Origin: Candidatus Velthaea sp.
GTDB lineage: Bacteria > Vulcanimicrobiota > Vulcanimicrobiia > Vulcanimicrobiales > Vulcanimicrobiaceae
Direction: 5' to 3'
DNA length: 64,000 bases
Assembly: GCA_965214935.1 (NCBI GenBank)
Contig: CBDCCS010000022.1
Location: forward strand, 512,001-576,000
How positions within the stretch are numbered: position 1 is the stretch's first letter; the number at the start of each line of letters is the position of its first letter. The position numbers and the translations under genes are program-made. The notes beneath the pieces were generated by a model that saw nothing but the letters and a program-made list of their open reading frames with translations, made no database searches and was not told the origin of the DNA. Positions 57,274-64,000 of this stretch are shown here, piece by piece.

Positions 57274-58991
57274 TGCACGCTGCCGGCGCCGGAGACAGCT
57301 GCCGTGCCGCTGACGCCGGAAGCCGCGCGATCGCGTCGATCGGTCTGCGCCGTAGCGGCGAAATATTCATGGATGAGCGCGATCGCCATGCTGCCTTCAC
57401 CGACCGAGGAAGCCACGCGCTTCACCGACGTACTGCGCACGTCGCCCGCAGCAAAAATCCCCGGCACGCTGGTTTCAAGCGCGAACGGTGAACGCGCCGA
57501 AGCCCAGTCGGCGATGTCGTGACCGGTTACAATATAGCCGTGCGAATCGCGCGCGATTTGCGGCGGAAGCCATGCGGTCTGGGCGTCGGCGCCGATGAAT
57601 GCGAACACGGCGTCGGCCGGACGTTCGCGCGTCTCGGCGGTTGCGTTGCGGGTGACGACCGTCTCGACGTGAGCGCCGCCGCCGACCGCGCTGACCGTCG
57701 TTTGCGTCTCGACGAAGATGTTAGTTTTGGAGCGCAGTTGTTCGATGAGATAATACGACATACTCGCGTCGAGCGATCGTCCGCGCACGAGCAGCGTGAC
57801 GCTCCGTGCGTAGTTCGAGAAAAACATCGCCGCCTGGCCCGCTGAGTTGCCGCCGCCGATGAGAAAGACGTCCTTGCCGCGCGTGCCGAGCGCTTCGGTA
57901 CGCGCCGCACCGTAGTACACGCCACGTCCGACGAACCGGTCTGCACCGTCGCTTTCCAGCTCCCGCCAGGCAACGCCGGTAGCCAGCACGATTGCTCGCG
58001 CGGACAACGTAGCGCCGCCGTCGAGCCGCAGCAGATGCGTGCCGTCCGCGCGCGTCTCAATCGATTGCGCCTCGCGCGTGACGACGATTTCGGTGCCGAA
58101 GCGCTTCGCCTGCAGCAGCGCGCGGTTGGCGAGATCGCCGCCCGAGACACCACCCGGAAAGCCGAGATAATTTTCGATTCGCGATGACGTCCCGGCTTGT
58201 CCGCCGGGGGCCTCGCGCTCGATCATCACCGTTCGCAGTCCCTCGGAACCGCCGTACACCGCCGCCGCCAAACCGGCCGGCCCGCCGCCGACGATCGCCA
58301 CGTCGTAGTCCGCTTCGTGCGGCTCGATTTGCAAATGCAGGCTTTGCGCGAGTTCGCGAATGCTCGGCGCCGTCAAGACCCGCCCGTCGGCCAAAACGAC
58401 GACGGGATGGAGCGCGCTTGCGCGCGCGGCCGCCGGAATGCAGTTCGCATCGCCCGGATCGCCCGGGTCCAGCCACTCGAACGCAATTTGATTGCGCGAC
58501 AGAAAATCGCGGATGTCGTGACAAGCGAAATCGTAGCGGTCGCCGACGATCGTTGCTTGCGTCACGTTCGCCGCCGTATAGTCGGCGCGCATAAAATTAA
58601 CGCGCCGGATCAACGTTTGCGAGACGATCGCGGCGGCCTCGGCGCACTCGGTGATCATTGCATGGAAATCGTTGGCTTCGATGCGCGCGAGACGTGAGGG
58701 GCGCAGGGCGCGCACTGCACCCGCCGCCGGCGTACCGAGCATCAAGGGGACTTCCCCGAAATACTCGGATGGATCGAACGTCGTTACTTGCTGCAACTCG
58801 CCCGCGACGATTTTGACGAACTCGACTTCGCCGTCGAGCACCGCCCAAAAGTACGCCGGGTCGCCGTTTTGCACGACGTATTCACCGGTGCGCGCGTTGA
58901 TGTCGGCTGCGCGCGCCGCGACACGCGAAAGTTGCGCGTGCGACAGCACGTCGAAAACCGGAATCCCGGCAAAGTCGGACGCCGTTATCAT
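57270..58991 (-). CDS. cNMP-binding domain plus thioredoxin-reductase-like FAD oxidoreductase
   Basis: YFGE in the cNMP domain; GGGPAGL, GGQAG.SS.IENYLGFP, GGGNSAGQ and AAGDVR motifs. Confidence 0.9.
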   Translation of the reverse strand: MITASDFAGIPVFDVLSHAQLSRVAARAADINARTGEYVVQNGDPAYFWAVLDGEVEFVKIVAGELQQVTTFDPSEYFGEVPLMLGTPAAGAVRALRPSRLARIEANDFHAMITECAEAAAIVSQTLIRRVNFMRADYTAANVTQATIVGDRYDFACHDIRDFLSRNQIAFEWLDPGDPGDANCIPAAARASALHPVVVLADGRVLTAPSIRELAQSLHLQIEPHEADYDVAIVGGGPAGLAAAVYGGSEGLRTVMIEREAPGGQAGTSSRIENYLGFPGGVSGGDLANRALLQAKRFGTEIVVTREAQSIETRADGTHLLRLDGGATLSARAIVLATGVAWRELESDGADRFVGRGVYYGAARTEALGTRGKDVFLIGGGNSAGQAAMFFSNYARSVTLLVRGRSLDASMSYYLIEQLRSKTNIFVETQTTVSAVGGGAHVETVVTRNATAETRERPADAVFAFIGADAQTAWLPPQIARDSHGYIVTGHDIADWASARSPFALETSVPGIFAAGDVRSTSVKRVASSVGEGSMAIALIHEYFAATAQTDRRDRAASGVSGTAAVSGAGSVH

Positions 58992-59003
58992 CGCGCGCGC
59001 CGC

Positions 59004-59867
59004 TTAGCCGGCTGCCGCGACAATGGGGTTTTCGAGCGCGCCGATGATGTCGATCTCAACGCGCACCCGCTCGCCCGCGCGCATCCAACGCTTGGGTTCG
59101 CGCGACGTGCCGACACCCGCGGGCGTACCGGTCGCAATGAGATCGCCCGGTTCGAGCGTCATGATCGAAGAGAGTTCGGCGATCAGCATCGGAACGTTAA
59201 AAATGAGATTCGACGTATTCGACGACTGCAGCATCTCGCCGTCGATCGAGCAGCGAATTCCAAGCGTTTGCGGATCCGGAATTTCGTCGGCGGTTACGAT
59301 GACCGGACCGAGCGGTGCGTGCGTATCGAACGTTTTGCCGAGCATCCATTGCGACGTGCGCATTTGATAGTCGCGCACGCTGACGTCGTTCATGATCGTG
59401 TAACCGGCAACATAGTCGTATGCGCGTTCGGCAGCGATATTTCGACCGCGCTGGCCGATGACGACGACGAGTTCGGCTTCATAATCGACCTTATCGCTTT
59501 GGGCCGGCAATTCGATCGAGGCTCCGTCGCCGATGAGTCCGTTGGCGTATTTGGCAAAAGCGGTAACGTGTTCGGGGACGGGCAAGCCGACTTCGGCGGC
59601 ATGATCGCGGTAATTGAGTCCGATACAAATAATTTTCTGTGGTGTCTGGACGGGTGCCAGAAGCGTTACTCCGGCCGGTGCAAAATGCTCGGCCGGCGGT
59701 GAAGCGGCGAGCGCTGCAAGCCGCGAACCGAACGTCTCGGCGCCCTGTAGATAGGCCAGCAGCGAGGCGGGGAGTTGCGGATCGGCGGCGTTGACGTCGA
59801 TGATGCCGCGCGGCACTTCGACTCCGAAGCGGCTTACGCCGTTAGACGCGAAAGTCAGCAGTCGCAT
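59004..59867 (-). CDS. Fumarylacetoacetate hydrolase family protein
   Basis: KIICIGLNY, DYEAEL, NDVS.RD, GKTFD and TGTPAGVG motifs; GAGGAG RBS. Confidence 0.92.
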   Translation of the reverse strand: MRLLTFASNGVSRFGVEVPRGIIDVNAADPQLPASLLAYLQGAETFGSRLAALAASPPAEHFAPAGVTLLAPVQTPQKIICIGLNYRDHAAEVGLPVPEHVTAFAKYANGLIGDGASIELPAQSDKVDYEAELVVVIGQRGRNIAAERAYDYVAGYTIMNDVSVRDYQMRTSQWMLGKTFDTHAPLGPVIVTADEIPDPQTLGIRCSIDGEMLQSSNTSNLIFNVPMLIAELSSIMTLEPGDLIATGTPAGVGTSREPKRWMRAGERVRVEIDIIGALENPIVAAAG

Positions 59868-60570
59868 ACGCTCCTCTTCGTTTCGTCGATCCGCCGTCGA
59901 GTTCGACGACGCTATCGACATGTTCGGCCAGCAAATCGAGGCTGCGCGTCGCGGTGACGACCGTCAGCCCGCGTGCGCGCAGCGCTGCGATTACCGCGAT
60001 GATGCCGGCCGTGTCGCGTAGACCCAAGCCGGCGATCGGCTCGTCGAGCAAAAGCAATTGCGGATCCGTTGCTAACGCACGCGCGATCTCGGCCCGGCGC
60101 TGCACGCCGGCATCGAGCGCTTCGATCGTGACATCGGCGAGATCGGCAAGTCCGGTCAGCGCGAGTACTTCTCGTGCATGCGTGCGCGCGCGCGAGAGAC
60201 CCTTGTGCCGCAATAACGCTCCGACCGTTACGGCTTCGAGCACGCTCATGCCGCGAAAGTTCTGCGGCGATTGATGCGTTCGCGCAACGCCCATTCGCAC
60301 CACGCGCACTTCGGGCCGGCCTTTGATTTCGTAGCCGAAATAGCGAATGCGCCCGCGATTGGGCCGGAGCGCACCGCCAATGCACGCCAGCATCACGGAT
60401 TTACCGGCACCCGCCGGACCGACTAGAGCGGCACAGGTGCCGCGCTTGACGTCGAGATCGGCGCCGGCAAGCACCTGCCGCGTGCCCAAACGTTTGTACA
60501 AGGCTTGAACGGACAACACGTAGTCGCCCATATCGAGGCGCAATTTATCGACGTTGAGCGGACTGATCAT
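59842..60570 (-). CDS. LivG-like ABC ATPase (degenerate)
   Basis: GPAGAGKS, G.ART.Q and EIARALATDP.LLLLDEP motifs. Confidence 0.75.
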   Translation of the reverse strand: MISPLNVDKLRLDMGDYVLSVQALYKRLGTRQVLAGADLDVKRGTCAALVGPAGAGKSVMLACIGGALRPNRGRIRYFGYEIKGRPEVRVVRMGVARTHQSPQNFRGMSVLEAVTVGALLRHKGLSRARTHAREVLALTGLADLADVTIEALDAGVQRRAEIARALATDPQLLLLDEPIAGLGLRDTAGIIAVIAALRARGLTVVTATRSLDLLAEHVDSVVELDGGSTKRRGAYATADFRV

Positions 60571-61442
60571 GCTGCGCTCCGCGCGGCAATCCGCGGACGC
60601 TCGAATGCGAATATGCCGTGGGGAAAATAGCGGGCCGCGAGCAGCACGAGCACGGCTTCGATTCCGAGCACCGCGTAACCCGGCGCACCCGGTGGATGCA
60701 ATGGAACAACCTGCGTCACGAGCGTGTAGAGCAGCGCGACCGACGGCGCGCCCCACGGCGAAGCCGATCCGGCGATGACGCCGATCAACGCAATATCGAG
60801 CGAGAGCCCGAGCGCACTCGTTTGCGGATCGACCGCTAAGCGGTACTCGGCGAAGAACGAACCGGCGACCGACGTTACGAATGCGCCGGCGACGAGTGTC
60901 AACAATTGTAGCGGGCGCGCCGCGATGCCGGACCCGCGCGCCGCAACGGCGTTACTGCGCAGCGCGCGCAGATACATGCCGATGCGTGTGGTTCGCAGCG
61001 CGATGGTCAGCGCTTGGGCGACGCCGAACACGCACAGGGCAAGCACGAGATACGGCCACTTTTCGCTAAATTGCAGATGCAGAAAACCGATTTGGCGTGG
61101 AAACGCATAATGCGTCGTATTGCCCAACCGGATCGTGCGCTGCGCAAGCGGTTCGGCGGCAACGCCGGCGGCAAGCGTGAGCGCACTAAAAACATAACCG
61201 CGGCCACCCAAAAATAAACCGCATCCTGCCGCAACGATAACGGCAGCCAGTGCACCGCCTAAAGCCCCGTACCAGGGCGAACCGCCGCGTAAGTTCGACA
61301 CGGCGACGGCATATGCGCCGATGCCGAAGAACACCGCGTTGCCGAGCGAGACGATCCCGGCGTACGCACCGAGCCAGCACCACGCTTGCGCCAATGTTGC
61401 AAAAACGAGCGCGACGACGAGCGTATCGAGGACCAGATTCAC
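60567..61442 (-). CDS. LivM-like branched-chain amino acid ABC permease
   Basis: G..SLG..VFFGIGAY and G..LRALR.N..AA...GI motifs. Confidence 0.8.
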   Translation of the reverse strand: MNLVLDTLVVALVFATLAQAWCWLGAYAGIVSLGNAVFFGIGAYAVAVSNLRGGSPWYGALGGALAAVIVAAGCGLFLGGRGYVFSALTLAAGVAAEPLAQRTIRLGNTTHYAFPRQIGFLHLQFSEKWPYLVLALCVFGVAQALTIALRTTRIGMYLRALRSNAVAARGSGIAARPLQLLTLVAGAFVTSVAGSFFAEYRLAVDPQTSALGLSLDIALIGVIAGSASPWGAPSVALLYTLVTQVVPLHPPGAPGYAVLGIEAVLVLLAARYFPHGIFAFERPRIAARSAA

Positions 61443-61530
61443 GGCCTTCGTCTCCCCTCCGGCTGCATGAGCCGAGAACTGCTCCCCCGGACTCGCGGTT
61501 TCCCGTCAGCCCCGTTGAAGCGCAGACAAG

Positions 61531-62382
61531 ATGATTTACATCGGAACGTGCGGCTACTCGTATGCCGATTGGAAAGGCGAGTTCTATCCGGTCACGATTC
61601 GGCCGGATGAGATGCTGGCGTACTATGCGCGAACGTTTGCCGCCGTTGAAATCAACGGTACGTATTACCGCGTGCCGCCGATCGCGGTATTCGCCGGGAT
61701 GGCGGCACGCGCGCCGGCCGGTTTTCGCTTTTGCGTTAAATTGCCGGCGGGTGGAACGCACGTTACGGACCTGCCGCACGTGCACCCCGACGTCCGGTTG
61801 CTGCGCCGCAACATGCAGCCGCTTATCGAACGCGGCCTGCTCGCCGCAACGCTCATGCAATTCCCGAATTCGTTTCACCCGGCGCGAGCTTCTTACGATC
61901 GAATCGAGGCCTTACGCGACGAGCTCGACGACCTGACGCTCGTCGCCGAATTTCGCCATCAGGCTTGGCAAACGGATGCGACGCTCGCGTTTCTGCGCGG
62001 CCTCGGCATCGGCTGGGTGAACGTCGACATGCCCGCGCTGGACACGCTCATGCGTCCGAGCGCAGACGTCACCACGCCGGTCGGGTACGTGCGCTTCCAC
62101 GGCCGCAACGCCGGTCAGTGGTGGCAAGGCGATAACATTACGCGTTACGACTACGAGTATAACGCCGAGGAGCTCGGGCCGTGGGCAGACCGGCTCATCG
62201 ATATTGCCGCGAATCCTGAAGTGCGTGAAGTTCTGAGCTTTTTCAACAACCATCGGCGCGGACAAGCCGCGCGCAACGCAAAGCTGTTCGATGCGATGGT
62301 ACGCGGACGTTTTCCGGGCGCCGTCGCCCGGTTGGCCGGCGCGCCGCCCGTCGAGCAACTCGGCTTCGATCTAGGTCCGTAG
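61531..62382 (+). CDS. DUF72 family protein
   Basis: IGT.GYSY.DW.G.FYP, VEIN.TYY, QFP.SF, EFRH, YVRFHGR and FNN motifs. Confidence 0.92.
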   Translation: MIYIGTCGYSYADWKGEFYPVTIRPDEMLAYYARTFAAVEINGTYYRVPPIAVFAGMAARAPAGFRFCVKLPAGGTHVTDLPHVHPDVRLLRRNMQPLIERGLLAATLMQFPNSFHPARASYDRIEALRDELDDLTLVAEFRHQAWQTDATLAFLRGLGIGWVNVDMPALDTLMRPSADVTTPVGYVRFHGRNAGQWWQGDNITRYDYEYNAEELGPWADRLIDIAANPEVREVLSFFNNHRRGQAARNAKLFDAMVRGRFPGAVARLAGAPPVEQLGFDLGP

Positions 62383-64000
62383 CAGAGCCGCTGCATCGTT
62401 GTTGAGCCGTACTCGGACACTTGCACCGCCGCCCGCCGAAGTGCCGACGTGCACCTCGCGGCTCAAGCAGTGGAGTAACTGCAATCCGCGGCCGTGTTCG
62501 GCGAACATGCCGACCGCCGTTGCAACCGGTACGAAACCAGGCCCGGCATCGTCGAGCTGAATCGTCGCGCTGCCGTCGCGATCGATCGTGCAGCGCGCGA
62601 CGACCGGCCCGGGCGCATGCCGAACGGCGTTGGCGATGAGTTCACCGAAGGCAAGTTCCGCTGCGTACTGTTCGTGCGGAAGCCGGCGCGCGACGAGCGC
62701 GCCGATTTCGCGCCGCGCCAGCCCGGCGGCACGAGCGTCGGTTGAAAGAAAGCGCCATTCGCGCTCTTCGCCGGGCGCCTCGGCCGGAAAGCGGTCGATC
62801 GTCGCGGTGAGAATCGCGATGTCGTCGGTGGCATCTTCGGCGGCGAGCACCCGCTGGCGAATCGCCGCCGCAAGCTGTTCGATCCCGGCGCCGGCAAGCT
62901 CCGCAATAGCGGCTTCAATACGCCGTTCGCCGTCTTCGAGATCGCGACCGAACTCCATGAGTCCGTCGGTGTAGAGCGTCAACGTGCACGGCGCATGCAG
63001 GTTAAGCGTAAAATCGACGCCGTCGTCTTCGCGTAAGCCGATCGGTAGACCGGAGCTGGCAAGCTTGATGACCTGCGTGCCGTCGAAAAGCAACGGCGCC
63101 GGGTGGCCGGCCGTCGCGTACGAAAACCGCCCGGTTTGCATGTCGAGCGCACCGAAGATTGCGGTAACGAAGACCGTCCGGCCGCTTGCGACGAGCAGCC
63201 GGCTCGCGCGATCGAGCACTGCCGACGGCTCGGCGAGCTCGAATGCCGCCGCCCGCAGCGCCTGGCGGATCTCCCCCATGATGACGGCGGCTTCGAGACC
63301 GTGTCCCGTCACATCGCCGATCGTGAGCGCAACGCGCCCGTCGGGTAAGGCAAACGCATCGTAGAAGTCGCCTCCGACGCGCTGCGATTCGCTTGCGGCC
63401 GAGTAGCTGGCCGAGAAACGAATGTGTTCGAGATGCGGCAACTGCGCCGGCAGCATCGCGCGCTGGAGCGCATCGGCCGTCGCCCGCTCGCGTTCGTACA
63501 ACCGCGCATGTTCGAGCGACAGCGCCGCGCGCCGCGCAACGTCGCGCACGAAACTCACATCGTCGCCCGAGATCGTACGATCGCTGCCGAACACCAGTGA
63601 AAGCGTGCCGATCCCAGCGTCGCCGTTCCAAAGCGGCACGATGATTGCGGCCGCTGCGGCGAGCTGACGGTAAACGTCCCGATCGCGCGCATTCGGCAAC
63701 GTCGTAGCAAACGCGCGCGCATTCGGGATAACGATCGGTTCACCGCGTGCGACGATCCGCTCGAGCGCCGACTGCATGTCGGATTCGACCGGCCGGCCGA
63801 CGAGCGTGCGCAGCAGCGCGGTTTCGGCCGGCCGGACACTCGCGGCTGCAGCCGGCACGAAGCGGCCGTCTTCGTCGATCAAATCGATCTGACACCAGTC
63901 ACCGAGTCGCGGCACGACCAGGCCGGTAACGGAGTTCAACGTTGTCGCGATATCGATCGACGCGGCAAGCCGTTCGCTGACCGTTGAAAGAAACGACTCG
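62371..64000 (-). CDS. SpoIIE/PP2C phosphatase with GAF and C-terminal HATPase domain (5' end off the window)
   Basis: LQRAMLP, VGGDFYD, IGDVTGHG, YTDGL, DDIAIL and ELIANAVRH...GRGL motifs. Confidence 0.92.
   Translation of the reverse strand, partial: ESFLSTVSERLAASIDIATTLNSVTGLVVPRLGDWCQIDLIDEDGRFVPAAAASVRPAETALLRTLVGRPVESDMQSALERIVARGEPIVIPNARAFATTLPNARDRDVYRQLAAAAAIIVPLWNGDAGIGTLSLVFGSDRTISGDDVSFVRDVARRAALSLEHARLYERERATADALQRAMLPAQLPHLEHIRFSASYSAASESQRVGGDFYDAFALPDGRVALTIGDVTGHGLEAAVIMGEIRQALRAAAFELAEPSAVLDRASRLLVASGRTVFVTAIFGALDMQTGRFSYATAGHPAPLLFDGTQVIKLASSGLPIGLREDDGVDFTLNLHAPCTLTLYTDGLMEFGRDLEDGERRIEAAIAELAGAGIEQLAAAIRQRVLAAEDATDDIAILTATIDRFPAEAPGEEREWRFLSTDARAAGLARREIGALVARRLPHEQYAAELAFGELIANAVRHAPGPVVARCTIDRDGSATIQLDDAGPGFVPVATAVGMFAEHGRGLQLLHCLSREVHVGTSAGGGASVRVRLNNDAAALLRT

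Noticed and set aside
57270..58991. TrxB-like protein lacking CxxC as a novelty
   Set aside because: The cNMP-TrxB fusion with VYYGA is a widespread, known architecture.
1..64000. CRISPR arrays, IS elements, integrases, tRNA or rRNA genes
   Set aside because: No spaced repeats, transposase motifs or recognisable structural RNA seen by eye; a formal scan was not possible.

Overview
GC-rich bacterial DNA. The key feature is a compact anoxygenic type-II photosynthesis gene cluster at about 5-22 kb, almost all on the minus strand. In transcription order it reads: hypothetical, crtP-like, crtB, pufB-pufA-pufL-pufM-pufC, a Crp-family regulator, bchF-bchC, bchX-bchY-bchZ, pyp, hemL, with a divergent DUF1858-Mrp and a PYP-activating 4-coumarate-CoA ligase at the other end. 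The antenna resembles that of Chloroflexi and the L/M subunits are highly divergent and unfused, with no puhA in the window. This would fit a phototrophic Eremiobacterota (WPS-2/Vulcanimicrobium-like) organism, but the taxonomy is inference only. Notable points: (1) PYP and pCL flank the cluster with no tyrosine ammonia-lyase; (2) a Crp protein directly after pufC has matching GGTGA-N6-TCAC boxes at class-II spacing upstream of pufB, bchF and bchX; (3) the reaction centre has unusual cofactor residues (Asp at M182, Phe at M210, Val at L212); (4) the desaturase is CrtP-type and appears to start at CTG; (5) a G-rich spacer sits before bchY. The rest of the window holds a tetritol-type catabolic cluster, an active plus pseudo S53 protease pair, a rhamnose-type ABC and catabolic cluster, a FolK-MptA-like fusion with an atypical FolP, and housekeeping genes. 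No rRNA, tRNA, CRISPR or mobile element was recognised. All calls come from motif recognition and alignment by eye against remembered reference sequences; no searches were run.
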